Shown one piece after another: positions 38,356 through 51,436 of a DNA stretch of 64,000 bases. The notes beneath the pieces are model-generated. The model saw nothing but the letters and a program-made list of their open reading frames with translations, ran no database searches and was not told the DNA's origin. Position 1 is the stretch's first letter; each line of letters begins with the position of its first letter. A program made the translations under genes and the position numbers. The stretch covers positions 19,840,001-19,904,000 of the forward strand of contig CP086569.2 in assembly GCA_009914755.4 (NCBI GenBank). Reading direction: 5' to 3'. This DNA is from the human T2T-CHM13v2.0 reference genome, Homo sapiens.

Positions 38356-38652
38356 TCATGTGTTAACTGCTTAAATAATGGTTTTTAGCTTCTTTACTTG
38401 CCAAGATGAAATGCCAATGAATAAATACATTTATTTATCACAGCAAATACTTGGAAAGTGTCTAATTATTACCATATTTGGTTATATGCCTGGTAATGTA
38501 TTCTGAGGGACAAACAGAAGAATTAGGTAATCAAAAGGGAAAATGGTATGTTAATTTTCTTAAAATACTTGACTCTGGAATAAGGGAAAGTAGAACTTTA
38601 AAATGAAGAAGGATTCCTCCCTGAGGGAGCATTGGATCTAACTTCTACTTTG

Positions 38653-38968
38653 GGGCAGGGCATGGTGGCTCACACTAGTAATCCCAGCACGTTGGGATGC
38701 TAAGGTAGGAAGAGCGCTTGTGCGTAACAGTTTGAGACCAGTCTATACAACATAGGAAGGCACCATCTCTACAAAAAGTCAAATAAAATAAATTAGCCAG
38801 GCACAGTGGCAAAGTCTGTAGGCTCAGCTATGCAGGTGGCTGAAGCAGGAGGATATTTTGAGCCCAGGAGTGGAGGCTGCAGTGAGCTGTGATGGAACCT
38901 CAACACTCCAGCCTGTGCAACAGAACAAGACCCTGTCTAAAACAAACAAACAAACAAAAAACAAAAAG
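38653..38968 (+). mobile_element. Alu element (+)
   Basis: ggggcagggcatggtggctcacactagtaatcccagcacgttgggatgctaaggtaggaagagcgc...ccagcctgtgcaacagaacaagaccctgtctaaaacaaacaaacaaacaaaaaac. Confidence 0.9.
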
Positions 38969-39373
38969 GAAACTTCTCCCTCAAAAGGACATCTTTAAAG
39001 GTCAATATAGTGCAAGTGTTTCAAAAGTTTTTATCAAGAAGTAGGAAAATGAGAAAATATTAAATTCATGCACTCTAAATTTCTTTGAATGTCTTTTAAA
39101 CTCAAGAGAAGAAGTATTGACTTATGAGTAGACACCATGAAAGTGCTCATCCTATGTGGCAAAACAGCCAAATTATTGTTGGAGATAATATTATATTGGC
39201 TAATTATCCTTCTCACACAGTTAGTTAGATACTGCAGATACACAGCTGCTCAAATTTGTGGGATGGGATAGAAAACAAGGTGTAAAGGCTAAAAAATGAA
39301 AATTTAATCATTGATAAAAACACTTATGGTTGACTTTCTTCACACAGTGGCTTTTGGTACTTAATAAATACAA

Positions 39374-39948
39374 TTTTTTTTTTTTAAAGATGGAGTCTTG
39401 CTCTGTTGCCCAGGCTGGAACCCTGGTGTGCAATGGTGCAATCTCGGCTCACGGAAATCTCTCTCTCCCAGGCTCAAATGGTTCTCCTGCCTTAACCTCC
39501 CAAATAGTTGAGATACAGGTGCCTACCACCATGCCTAGCTAATTTTTTTTTTTTTTTTTTTTTTGAGACAGAGTCCCGCTCTTTCGCCCAGGCTGGAGTG
39601 CAGTGGCGTGATCTCTGCTCACTGCAAGCTCTGTGTCCCGGGTTCACACCTTTCTCCTGCCTCAGCCTCCTGAGAAGCTGGAACTACAGGTGCCCACCAC
39701 CAGGCCTAGCTAATTTTTTTTGTATTTTTAGTAAAGACGGAGTTTCACAGTATTAGCCAGGATGGTCTCGATCTGCTGACCTCCTGATCCGCCCACCTCC
39801 GCCTCCCAAAGTTAATTTTTGTATTTTTTAGTAGAGATGAGGTTTCACCATGTTGGCCAGGGTGGGTCTCAAACTCCTGACCTCAAGTGATCTGCCTGCG
39901 TCGACCTCCCAAAATGCTGGATTACAGGTGTGAGCCACCATGCCAGCC
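39374..39948 (-). mobile_element. Older Alu (minus) split into 39374-39544 and 39812-39948 by a nested younger Alu
   Basis: First piece ends ...ctaccaccatgcctagctaa. The second piece resumes ttaatttttgtattttttagtagagatgaggtttcaccatgttggccagg, the contiguous Alu sequence. Confidence 0.85.
39545..39811 (-). mobile_element. Young Alu (AluY/S-like, minus) nested inside an older Alu; many CpGs retained
   Basis: 22-nt poly-T then gagacagagtcccgctctttcgcccaggctggagtgcagtggcgtgatctctgctcactgcaagctctgtgtcccgggttcacacctttctcc...ccgcccacctccgcctcccaaag. Confidence 0.9.
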
Positions 39949-40486
39949 AACAGGTACATCTTTAATTCAGTCTTCTGTTGACTTCTTGTGGTACTTTCTT
40001 TGTAGAGAGTTTATGTGATCCTTGAACCTGGGTTATTATTTATTTATAAGCATATAACTCTATCTTCCCCAGGAGATCACCAGTTCCAAAAGGCATTCAT
40101 GTTAATTTCATAATAAAGAAAACATAAAAATATTCCTAAAGCTTATGAAATTTTAGGAGGCCAGGAAAAAATATATACCACCTAGCTTAGACCTATGCTC
40201 AACATATTTGTACATGAAACAAACAATGTAAGTCATTAATTCTGAATAATTCAAGAAAATTTGGTACGTAAAATACACTTAGGCAATGAACATAGAGGGG
40301 TTAGAATGGTTTGTCATCCCCAAATCAGAAACAATAACAAACACAAAAGGCATCTGATTCTCCAGCATATTTTTATTGGAGGATTGAGTAAAGAAAATGA
40401 AATGTCTTCATTTACCATTTGGTAGTATGAGACAAATAAAAAGAATAAAAAGAATGCAGAAATGTGTTAGTTTAAGTTTCTTCTCC

Positions 40487-40772
40487 TTTTTTTTTGACCC
40501 AAGGTCTTGCTCTATCTCCCCGTCTGGAAGGCAGTAGTATAATCATGGCTCGCAGCAGCCTCAACCTCCTGGACTCAAGCAATCCTCTCACCTCAGCCTC
40601 CAGAGTAGCTGAGACTAGGTGTTCAACACGATGTGCAGCTAAGTTTTGAAATTTTTTTGTAGACTCAGGATATTGCTATGTTGCCCAGGCTAATCTCCAA
40701 CTCCTGGGCTCAAGCCATCCTCCAGCCTCAGCCTCACAAACTGCTGGGATTATGGGCGTGAGCCATTAGGAC
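40487..40772 (-). mobile_element. Alu element (minus; old, diverged)
   Basis: tttttttttgacccaaggtcttgctctatctccccgtctggaaggcagtagtataatcatggctcgcagcagcc...ctgctgggattatgggcgtgagccattagg. Confidence 0.85.
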
Positions 40773-41169
40773 CAACACCAAAACTTCCATTTTAAGACCT
40801 GCGTTTTCTGTACAGAAAACTCTCTGTACAGAGAGTCACAGACACTATTAGCACTGGGGAGTACCAAGCATGACATTTATGGGGCAACACTGACCATTCT
40901 AAAATACACATATTTTGTTTAAATCCGTGAAAGTACACAGATAATCTTGACTCTTCTAAAGTAATCTCCTTAGAGCTATCCGCATACTCGTAGGTGCTGT
41001 TCTGACTTCTGGAAACATTTTCAGAACCTAGGGCATGTTCTTTCATGCCTGTGCTTCTTTCCACAAGACTGTTGCTTCAATAAATGTATTACTGAGTACA
41101 TCTCCACAGATACACATCTTCACCCTTTCCAAACTGATGTGGGTTTTGACCACATTTTGAGTGAGTTTT

Positions 41170-41470
41170 GTTTGTTTGTTTTTTAGGGTCGAGGTCTCAC
41201 ACTGTCACTCAGGCTGGAGTGCAGCAGTGTAATCACAGCTCACTAAAGCCCTGAACTCCTGGGCTCAAGCGATGCTCCCAACTTAGCCTGCTGAGCAGCT
41301 GGGACTACAGGCACACACCACCACATCCGGCTAACATTTAAAATTTTTTTGTAGAGATGGAGTCTCACTATGTGTCCCAGACTGGTCTTGAACTCTTGGC
41401 CTCAAACCATCCTCCTGCCTCAGCCTCCTGAAGTGCTGATATTACAGGCATGAACAACCACTCCTGGCCC
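41170..41470 (-). mobile_element. Alu element (minus; old)
   Basis: gtttgtttgttttttagggtcgaggtctcacactgtcactcaggctggagtgcagcagtgtaatcacagctcac...gtgctgatattacaggcatgaacaaccactcctggccc. Confidence 0.88.
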
Positions 41471-42253
41471 TGAGTGGCTGTTATATAAGATATAGTAAAT
41501 AAGGCTGACAATGCTGTTAGAAATTGAAAAAATGATTTTCAAAAGATAATTTTTAACCAACACATCAGAAAGAATAAGAAAGTTAAGCACTGACATTGTC
41601 CGTTATATTCTTCCTCACAGTAACAAAAACTTCAGTAGATCACTTTCAAACTCCATCTGCATACTCTAAAAAGACATTCTCAAAAGGCAGTTGAAAGACT
41701 CAGCTGACTGAGTCTTCTCAATTGTTTGAGAAGATACTTGGCTACAGGTGGGTCCAGGAAAGAGGAAAAAGGGAAGGCACTTAACTAGTTATCCCAATTG
41801 ACAGGTGGCTTTGGGATGGTATTAAGGAGAGCCTTCTGTTTTACAAATTTTGAGTTGCTCCCAGAACAGAATAACAACAGAATATTACTCTGTTCCTGGA
41901 GGAAGCAGAGAATATTGGAAATACTAAAGAAACAAATAACATGCGAAAAGTAAATAAAACACATGACTCAATTTCATAGGTCCTTTGATTTCGAAGGTTG
42001 TCCTGGGTATTGAATGCAGATCTCCATGCTTTGCAAGCAATCACACATCACCATTCAGCCATTGCTGACTTTTCATTTGTCTGTCTGCCTGCTGTTTTCT
42101 TTAATTTAGAATCTCTACATGGAAGACTATTCTATTTTGCATCCTCAGGGCCTCGCATGATGTCTGGCAAACAGAAAAATAAGTATAATTAAATTTAAAA
42201 AAAGCATTCAAACCTTAAAAATTGACTAAAAATAATGGGAGAAAATGTTGCCT

Positions 42254-42536
42254 TTGTTTGTTTGAGACAGAGTCTTGCTGTCACCCAGGCGAGAGTGCAG
42301 TGCTGTGATCTCAGCTCACTGCAACCTCCAGCTCCTGGGTTCAAGCAATTCTCCTGCCTCAGTCTCCCGAGTAGCCGAGATTACACATGCCTGGCACTAG
42401 GCCCAGCTAATTTTTGTATTTTTAGTAGAAATTGGGTTTCACCATGTTGGCCAGGCTGGTGTCAAACTCCTGACCTCATGATTCACCCACCTCAGCCCCG
42501 CAAAGTGCCGGGTTACAGGTATTAGCCACTGCACCT
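42254..42536 (-). mobile_element. Alu element (minus)
   Basis: tgtttgtttgagacagagtcttgctgtcacccaggcgagagtgcagtgctgtgatctcagctcactgcaacc...gtgccgggttacaggtattagccactgcacc. Confidence 0.9.
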
Positions 42537-42967
42537 TGCAGTGTTGCCTTATTTTTAAACTCTAAATCAGTCCAAGTGGAGTGTAAGACCCCACACTACT
42601 CACTGCACTCCCCACACACCCTTGTAATAGCTTCTCTTCAAGATGCAGTCTTAATTTGTACCCCAAGCAGGTGACTAAGCCAGTTTCATTCACCTCTGGT
42701 TGAGCTCACCTGGAAATGATAGGATAACTTTTTTCTCACATTCTAAGCACACCCAGCTGACCCAGGATGCAACAGTAATTACACAGATGGGTTCTCTGTA
42801 CCAGACAGCTCCTTTCATTGAAAAAAATATTACCATTCATGCATTTTCACCCACCAGCTAAACCTCACATGAGGGTCTAAGAGAGAACACCAGAATGTCA
42901 AAAATCATTGACTTCTAAGTTATTAAGTTTCCAAAAATGCTACTGTGGGTGCCATCAATTTGATTCA

Positions 42968-42996
42968 ATTTGCTATTTAAGACACACACACACACA
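42968..42996. repeat. (CA)n microsatellite
   Basis: acacacacacacacacacacacatc. Confidence 0.9.
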
Positions 42997-43075
42997 CACA
43001 CATCACTGTAACAGAAGGAAGAGAGGATCCTTTTTAAATAAATGAAATCAAGAATTGCTTTTCAAAAATAAGTGT

Positions 43076-43370
43076 GGGCTGGGTGCGGTGGCTCATGTCT
43101 GTAATCTCAGCACTTTGGGAGACCGAAGCAGGCAGATCACTTGGGGTCAGGAGTTAAGAGACCAGCCTGGCCAACATGGTGAAACCCCATTTCTACAAAA
43201 AATACAAAATCAGCAGGGTGTGGTAGCGTGTGCCTGTAATCCCAGCTACTTGGGAGGCTGAGGCAGAAGAATCTCTTGAACCCGAGGGTGCAGTAAGCCG
43301 ATATCGCACCATTGAAGACCAGCCTGGGGGACAGAGCGAGGTTCCATCCAAAAAACAAACAAACAAAAGT
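43076..43370 (+). mobile_element. Alu element (+) with G/A-rich tail
   Basis: ggctgggtgcggtggctcatgtctgtaatctcagcactttgggagaccgaagcaggcagatcacttggggtcaggagttaagagaccagcctggcc...ccagcctgggggacagagcgaggttccatccaaaaaacaaacaaacaaaag. Confidence 0.92.
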
Positions 43371-43717
43371 AAAGAAAAGGGGGGGGAAAAAAAAAGAAAA
43401 GCAAAGGGGAGGGGAGAAAGGGAAAGAGTGGTAAAGCTATCCGTGTTGGCTTGTTGGAATTTTTCCAAAACTAGGAACCCATCCTTCTACAAAGACTGAG
43501 AGACAGATGTGTCATCTCCTTCAATTATTACATTTTAAAGGGATGGCTCTCAAGTCTTCCAAAAGGCATTCCTAGGTTGTAAAACTAGAAAGAAGCTAGA
43601 AGATTTGCATCACAAATAGGTATAGAAAGAACTCACAATTCCAAGTTTTCTAACATAAATCCTCTATGAAAAAGGAGGCCTGATGAATGGAACTGTAGCT
43701 CATTATGTAAGAGAAAT

Positions 43718-44410
43718 AAGGCAAGTACAGAAGAAAAATATTGCATGTTCTCACTCACATGTGGGAGCATAAAAACGGGACCTCATGGAGATAGAGAGTG
43801 GACTGGTGGCTACCAGAGGCTGGGAAAGGGAGCAGAGAAGGGAGATAAAAATAGTTTGATTAATGAGTACAAATATGTAAGGGTTTTGTTTGTCTGATTT
43901 TTGTTCTTTGGAGACAGGATTCTGCTCTGTTGCTCTGACAGAAGTGCAGTGGTGTGATCATAGCTCACAGTAACCTGAAACTCCTGGGCTCAAGTGATCC
44001 TCCCACCTCAGCCTGCCTAGTAGCTGGGACTACAGCTGAGTGCCACCATGCCAGGCTGATTTTTGTATTTTTTGTAGAGACAGGGTCTCACTAGGTTGCC
44101 CAGTCTGGTCTCAAACTTCGAGGCTCAAGCAATCCTCCCACCTTGGAAATATACAGTTTGATAAAAGAAATAAGACTTAGTGTTCAATAGAACAGCAGTG
44201 TGACTGTAGTTTACAATAATCTATTATACATTTCAAAATAGCTAGAAGAAAATAAATGTTTCTAGCATAAAGAAAAGGCAAACATTTAAGTTTATGAATA
44301 TCCTGATCACACTGATGTGATCTTTACAAATTATATGAATGTATTTAACAAACACATGTACCCCCAACATGTGTGCATCTATAATGTATCAATAAAAAAA
44401 AATTAAAAAG
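43718..44410 (+). mobile_element. L1 3'-end (old L1M-type), interrupted by an Alu at 43895-44143
   Basis: gcatgttctcactcacatgtgggagcataaaaacgggacctcatggagatagagagtggactggtggctaccagaggctgggaaaggg...; after the Alu gtgactgtagtttacaataatctattatacatttcaaaatagctagaag...atgtgtgcatctataatgtatcaataaaaaaaaa. Confidence 0.8.
43895..44143 (-). mobile_element. Alu element (minus; old, truncated) nested in the L1 3' end
   Basis: ttgttctttggagacaggattctgctctgttgctctgacagaagtgcagtggtgtgatcatagctcacagtaacc...ctcaagcaatcctcccacc. Confidence 0.85.
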
Positions 44411-44518
44411 ATAAGGAGGTCAGGAGGAAAACTGTGTTAATAATCAACCTGAGGGAAACATGCAGGCTGTCTTAGTCAATCAATTCACCCTTTTCCTCTT
44501 AATGTGCTAATTATCAAT

Positions 44519-44880
44519 TGATATGGTCTGGCTTTGTGTCCCCACCCAAATCTCACCTTGAATTGTAATAATCCCTACGTGTGGTGGAAGTGACCTGGTG
44601 GGAGGTAACTGAATCATTGGGGTGGGTTTTTCCTGTGCTGTCCTTGTTGATAGTGAATGTATATCATGAGATCTCATGGTTTTACAATAGGCAGTTCCCC
44701 TGCACACACTCTTTTGTCCACCACCAAGTAAGATATAACTTTGTCCCTGATTTGCCTTGTGCCATGATTGTGAGGTCTCCCTAGCCACGTGGAACTGTGG
44801 GTCCATTAAAACTCTTTCCTTTGTAAATTACCCAGTTTCAGGTATGTCTTTATTAGGAGTGTGAGAATAGACTAGTACAT
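44519..44880 (+). mobile_element. THE1/MST-type MaLR solo LTR
   Basis: tgatatggtctggctttgtgtccccacccaaatctcaccttgaattgtaataatccctacgtgtggtggaagtgacctggtgggaggtaactgaatcattggggtgg... matches the THE1 consensus tgatatggtttggctgtgtccccacccaaatctcatcttgaattgtagctcccataattcccacgtgttgtgggagggacccagtgggaggtaattgaatcatgg. Confidence 0.88.
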
Positions 44881-44954
44881 CAATAATCCCCATATGAGGA
44901 CATTTTATTTCTTTGGAAATGTCTGCTCCTACCTCGATTTTTTATTTTTATTTT

Positions 44955-45241
44955 TTTGATTTTTATTTGTGAGACAAGGTCTCACTTTGTCACCCAGACT
45001 GGAGCACGATCTCGCTCACTGCAGCCTTGACTTCCGAGGCTCCAGAGATCCTCCCACATCAACCTCCCAAGTAGCTGGGACTACAGGCAGGCACCAGCAT
45101 ACCTGTTTAATTTTTGTATATTTTGTAGAGACGGGTTTTGCCACTTTGCCCAGGACGGTCTCAAATTCCTGAGCTCAAGTGACCCACCTAGCGCAGCCTC
45201 TCAAACTGCTGGGACAACAGGAGTGAGCCACTGTGCCCAGC
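44955..45241 (-). mobile_element. Alu element (minus)
   Basis: gatttttatttgtgagacaaggtctcactttgtcacccagactggagcacgatctcgctcactgcagcc...ctgctgggacaacaggagtgagccactgtgcccagc. Confidence 0.9.
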
Positions 45242-45471
45242 TGTCTTGGTATTTTTAACCTTAAAAACAACCAAGTACATCCTTGGTATGGTCTCATCCC
45301 CCTTGCTGTAAGCATATTAAAATGCTGTTATTACATGCATTCAAGTAATCACATGGTGCTAACACCAATTTTTTTGCCTGCAGAATTAATTCAGGAGTTT
45401 ATCTGAAATTCTCAATATAAATACCTAATATGCAAAACTCGCCAGACAAGAAACCATATGCAGCCATAATC

Positions 45472-45766
<295 letters not shown>

Positions 45767-45821
45767 TTGCAGACACAATTTTATTATTTTATAATTTTGT
45801 TTTATTTTACTTTATATATAT

Positions 45822-46107
45822 ATATTTTTTTGAGAAGGAGTCTCACTCTGTCTCCAGGCTGGAGTGTAGTAGCCAATCTCGGCTCACTACAACCTCTGCT
45901 TCCTGGGTTCAAGTGCTTCTCCTGCCTCAGCCTCCCGAGTAGCTGGGACTATAGGTACGCACCACGATGCCCAGCTAATTTTTCTATTTTTAGTAGAGAT
46001 GGTGTTTCATCTTGTTGGCCAGGATGGTCTCAATCTCCTGATCTCGTGATCCACCCACCGTGGCCTTCCAAAGTGCTGGGATTACAGGTGTGAGCCACCA
46101 TACCTGG
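45822..46107 (-). mobile_element. Alu element (minus)
   Basis: tttttttgagaaggagtctcactctgtctccaggctggagtgtagtagccaatctcggctcactacaacc...gctgggattacaggtgtgagccaccatacctggc. Confidence 0.9.
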
Positions 46108-46959
46108 CTATGTACATATTTTTCTATCAACCATTTATCCATCAATCTATCCATCTGTCCATCTATTTCTCTTACGTATATAAATACATATATAATCTCT
46201 ATGTCTTATATCGGTAACACGTATTTTTTCTTTAAATTTATACAACTACATTAATTAAATCCCACCTAATAAAAATTGTATTCTAAAACCTGGTGTAGTA
46301 GGAAGCTGAATAACCTGACCCTAGACCAAGGTACACATTGTGTGGCTGAAAATCACTTGGCTTCGTTAGACTTCATCTTTCTCCTACATACGACTAGGTA
46401 GCCAGCCTAAAAAATCTCAAAGGTGGCTTACAACCTTTGAATGCATTGGTTCCATGGAAGCAGGAGGTTTAAGCTCTGCCTGCAGGAGATTTTTGTAGAC
46501 TTCAGACAATCGGGGCAACATCAAAGTCAAGCACTCCCTGGTATAGTGTCTAACAGGGACCATGTAATTAGGGCATGTTTTATGTGAGACTGTGTTCAAG
46601 AGATGTACACATGAGAAAAAGGTGTTTTTTTCACAGCAGAGATAACATAATTGAGCTGTTTGGTATAGCGACTCAAAGCCACTGAAAGTTCTAATCAAAT
46701 GATTCCTCTGGCTTTCACTTTTTTAATGTATTTCACTGTTACTGCCTCTGGCAACTACCATTACAAGGGAGGAAACTTTGTTCCATGAAGAGGCTACTCC
46801 ATTTCATGAGCTCAAGTCAGATCAAAATAACAAGCTCTCCTACAATTCCAGTGTGTTTCCTGACCATTCCCATTCCCCTCTATGCTTGTCCAAAAATAGA
46901 CTGTCTTTCAAGTTATCACTTTCATTCACAGCCAATATGAAGGCCTCATAGAAAAACAC

Positions 46960-47905
46960 TGATTTCCAAAAGCAACAGATGTTGGAAAGAACACAGAGAG
47001 AAGCGAATGCTTATACACTGTCGGTGAGAATATAAATTAGTACAACCTCTACGGAAAACAGTATGCAGATTTGTCAAAGAACTTAAAACAGAGCTAATTT
47101 TGACACAGCAACTCCACCACTGGCTATCTACCCAAACAAAAATGAACTATCATAGAAGGCACCTGTGGCCGGGAGCAGTGGGTCATGCTTATAATCCCAG
47201 CACTTTGATAGGTTGAGGCAGGTGGATCACTCAAGGTCAGGAGTTTGAGACAAGCCTGGCCAACATGACAAAAACCCATCTCTACTAACAATACAAAAAT
47301 TAGCCGGGGATGATGGCAGATGCCTATAATTGCAGCAACTTGGGAGGCTGAGGCAGGATAATCGCTTGAACCCAGAGGGTGGAGGTTGCAGTGAGCTGAG
47401 ATCATGCCACTTCACGATTTAGCAGCTTGTGTGAAAGAGCAAAATTCCATCAAAAAAAAAAAAAAAAGACACCTTCCTGTTTTATGTTTATTGCAGCACA
47501 ATTCACAATAGCAAAATCATGGAATGAACCTTAGTGTTTACTGGATAAAGAAAATGTGGTATACACACACCAAGGAATATTATGCATTTATAAAAGAAAA
47601 ATGAAACTGTATTTTGCACCAAGATAAATGCAGCTGCAGGCCAATATCCTACGTGAAAGAACTCAGAAACAGAAAATCAAATACCGTATGTTCCCACTTA
47701 AAAAGTGGAGCTAAACAATGGGTATTCATGTACCTATAAAATGGAATAACAGACCCTGGACACCTTAAAATGGGGAAAGGTGGGAGGGTGTGAGGGTTGA
47801 AAACTTACCTATCTGGTATTATGTTCACTGTTTGGGAGATAGATATACTAGAAGGCCAACACCCCTCACTAAGCAATATATCTTGCAACAAACCTGCAAA
47901 CTTAT
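46960..47905 (+). mobile_element. L1 ORF2-3'/3'UTR fragment (+), interrupted by an Alu at 47161-47470
   Basis: agcaacagatgttggaaagaacacagagagaagcgaatgcttatacactgtcggtgagaatataaattagtacaacctctacggaaaacagtatgcag...; after the Alu tatgtttattgcagcacaattcacaatagcaaaatcatggaa...ccgtatgttcccacttaaaaagtggagctaaacaatgg...tcttgcaacaaacctgcaaacttatgg. Confidence 0.88.
47161..47470 (+). mobile_element. Alu element (+) nested in L1
   Basis: ggccgggagcagtgggtcatgcttataatcccagcactttgataggttgaggcaggtggatcactcaaggtcaggagtttgagacaagcctggcc...ccatcaaaaaaaaaaaaaaaag. Confidence 0.92.
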
Positions 47906-47907
47906 GG

Positions 47908-48208
<301 letters not shown>

Positions 48209-48511
48209 AAATCTATTTGTTTTTTAAACACTGACTTCCATGGTCACTATTTGTCTGTGAAATCAATCCTCACAAACCAGTACTCACATGTTTTTTTGTT
48301 TATCAGATGAACTCTGTCACCCATACAACTCAGCTTGCAACCACCCCTGGCCACAACCAGTTTCCCCACACTGAGGTGAATGTTGGACATTACTATTTTA
48401 GACATTACCACCTATTCTGAAATTCCACATCAATTTATCTGAGAAACTCTGATGTTCTAGGGCAATTTAACTGGAAAAGATCAGCTGGAGTCATGCATCA
48501 TTTCTTTGCTG

Positions 48512-48849
<338 letters not shown>

Positions 48850-49069
48850 TAGTATCAAATTATTTATAAGGGTTGTATACTGGTTTCTCCAAGCATCTCT
48901 CCTTCACAACATCATTCCTTTCAAGAGCTGCTTCTTTTTTTCTAATTTAGCTCAGGAATTTAGAAGTTCCAACATAACGGGGCATCCAGTATTCACCCAC
49001 ACCACTTTTTGCAGGAATCCATATGGAGCCACTACCACCATCCCTGCAAACCTACTGCATAACCCAACA

Positions 49070-49357
49070 GGCCAAAGTGCAGTGCTCACACCTGTAATCC
49101 GAGTGCTTTGCAAGGCCATAGAGGAAGATCACTTGAGGTTAGAAGCCTGAGACCAGCTTGGGCAACATAGTGAGACCTCATTTCTACAAAAAAGTGTAAA
49201 ACAAAAGGGGACATGGTGGTGCATACCTGTAGTCCTAGCTATTCAGCAGGCTGAGGTAAGAAGATCACTTGAGTCCAGGAGATTTGAGGCTGAAGTGAGC
49301 TAGATTACGCCACTGCGCTCTAGTCTGGGCAGCAGAGAGAGACTCCATCTCTAAAAA
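49070..49357 (+). mobile_element. Alu element (+; old AluJ-like)
   Basis: ggccaaagtgcagtgctcacacctgtaatccgagtgctttgcaaggccatagaggaagatcacttgaggttagaagcctgagaccagcttgggcaacatagtgagacc...ctctagtctgggcagcagagagagactccatctctaaaaag. Confidence 0.88.
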
Positions 49358-49359
49358 GA

Positions 49360-49500
49360 CAGATAAGAAGAAGGAGAAAGTGTAGGAGGAAAAAGAAACG
49401 AGAGGAGGGAAAGGGGGAGGAGGAGGAGGAATAAGATGAGGAAGAGGTGGAAGAGTAGAAGGGGGAGGAGAAGGAGGAGGAGGAGAATACTGCTTCTTCC
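49360..49500. repeat. Purine-rich (GGA/GAA/GAG)n simple repeat
   Basis: agaagaaggagaaagtgtaggaggaaaaagaaacgagaggagggaaagggggaggaggaggaggaataagatgaggaagaggtggaagagtagaagggggaggagaaggaggaggaggag. Confidence 0.85.
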
Positions 49501-50893
49501 TAGACCCAAAGTAAAAAGGATTTTAGTCTCATGTTGATGAGAAAGACACTGATATTTAATTAAGCAATATAAAAAGGATTGTTTTAGAACAGAGAATTAA
49601 AGAGAAAGTAAAATTAACATTGAGATAGGAGGACTGAAGACATCAACTGACTTCCAATCCCAATGAAGAGGAGAAAAAGATACAACTATATAGGTGGTAT
49701 ATCTACTTATCACAGAAGAAGCCTTTTGACAGCAAAATAGAATTCATACCTCTTAGGTTTTAAATTCCTATGGATGCTGTAGCAAATAACCATAATTGGG
49801 GTGGCTTAAAGTAACAGGTGTTTATTCTTTTCCAGTACTGGAAACAAGGAATCTGAGATCAAGGTGAGGGCTGGGCTGAGCTCCCCCTGGAAGCTCTAGG
49901 GGAGGATCTTTCCCGCCTCTTCCAGCTCTTGGTGGCTCCAGTCATGATTGCCCACTGCATTCCAAACTGGGAAACAGAGCAAGACCGCATCTCAAAAAAT
50001 AATAGTAAATAAATAATTGTATACACACGAGAAAAAGAGAGAGAGAGGAGGGAGGCAGAGAGAGACAGTGTGTGTCAAACTTTGAGGCAAGGAAACTAAC
50101 CCCACTCCTTGACTGCAGATTCAACCCACATTCAGAAAACAAGGTTAGAATTACCATAGGGGCTTGAACTTTGCTAAACAATAGGCATAAGTAATCAATG
50201 ACCTGCCATCACTTAGCGTGTTTTCCTGTAAGTTGCTCACTGCACCAGAGTCATGTAACCAGGGATCACTAAAAGTATAATTTCCTGAACCACTCCTATA
50301 GATAACATTACTATTGTAAAACCCAAGAATGGTCTTTGAAACATTTTTCAGATCTAGCATTTTGACAGACCAAGAGATGCTACCTGGTCCTGAGATATCC
50401 TCTCCTGGGTCGGGCACAAAGAAAGTTTTAGACACTCCTTCGATTTCATCCCCAGCCAACCAATTGTTGCAAGTGTTGCAGTTCCCTAGCCTTCTGACCA
50501 CCAAAGTACCTTCAAAAACCACAGTTTCCAACTTTTCAGGGAGACGGATTTGATAAATCTCTCCTATTCCCCTCACTTAGCTGCCCCTGCAATTATTAAC
50601 CTCCTTCTTTGCTGCAACATCCGCTGTTAGCAGTGTGTTGGGTTTTCAGGGAGCAGCAGACAAGAAGAAACCCTCAGGCTGTAACACTCTCCTGCACGCC
50701 TTTCCATGGAATCATAAATGTCCTTTCTCTCCTACCATATTCTTTAAATATTTATGTCACAACATTTGGTTTAAGAAATCATCAGTGTTTCCATTATAAT
50801 GATGATTTCAATGATATTCAAAGATCAACCAGTGACTACAATGATTATGTCTTCTTCTTTTTTTTTTCTTTTTCCTAGAGTTAGTAATTCCCT

Positions 50894-51186
50894 TTTTTTT
50901 TTTTTTTTTGAAACAAAATCTCACCCTTGCAATGGTGCAATCTCGGCTCACTGCAACCTCCACCTCTCAGGTTCAAGCAATTGTCCTGCTGCAGCCTCCT
51001 GAGCAGCTGGGAGTACAGGTGCCTACCACCATGCCCAGTTAATTTTTTTTTTTTTTTTGTATTTTTAGTAGAGACGGGGTTTCACCGTGTTGGCTAGCCT
51101 GGTCTCGAACTTCGGACTTCAGGTGATCCGTCTGCCTCAGCCTCTCAAATTACTGAGATTACAGGCATGAGCCATCACACCTGGTC
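50894..51186 (-). mobile_element. Alu element (minus; small 5'-proximal deletion)
   Basis: tttttttttttttttttgaaacaaaatctcacccttgcaatggtgcaatctcggctcactgcaacctccacc...ttactgagattacaggcatgagccatcacacctggtc. Confidence 0.9.
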
Positions 51187-51261
51187 TTCTTCTGTATCAC
51201 TTAAAAAGAAAACAGTCATAATCCACTAAGCTGATTTCATGACCAATTAAGAGATAACAAG

Positions 51262-51436
51262 AGCTGGGATTACAGGTGTGAGCCACCACAATCATCCTAG
51301 TTTTTGTATCTTGAATACAGATGGAGATTCATCAGGTTGGCTAGGCTGGTGACCTCAAACTCCTGACCTTAAGTGATCCTCCTGCCTTGGACTCCCAAAG
51401 TGCCAGGATTACAGGAATGAGCCACTAAACCCAGCC
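51262..51436 (-). mobile_element. Alu fragment (minus; rearranged left-arm piece)
   Basis: gagctgggattacaggtgtgagccaccaca...tttttgtatcttgaatacagatggagattcatcaggttggctaggctggtgacctcaaactcctgaccttaagtgatcctcctgccttggactcccaaagtgccaggattacaggaatgagccactaaacccagcc. Confidence 0.8.
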
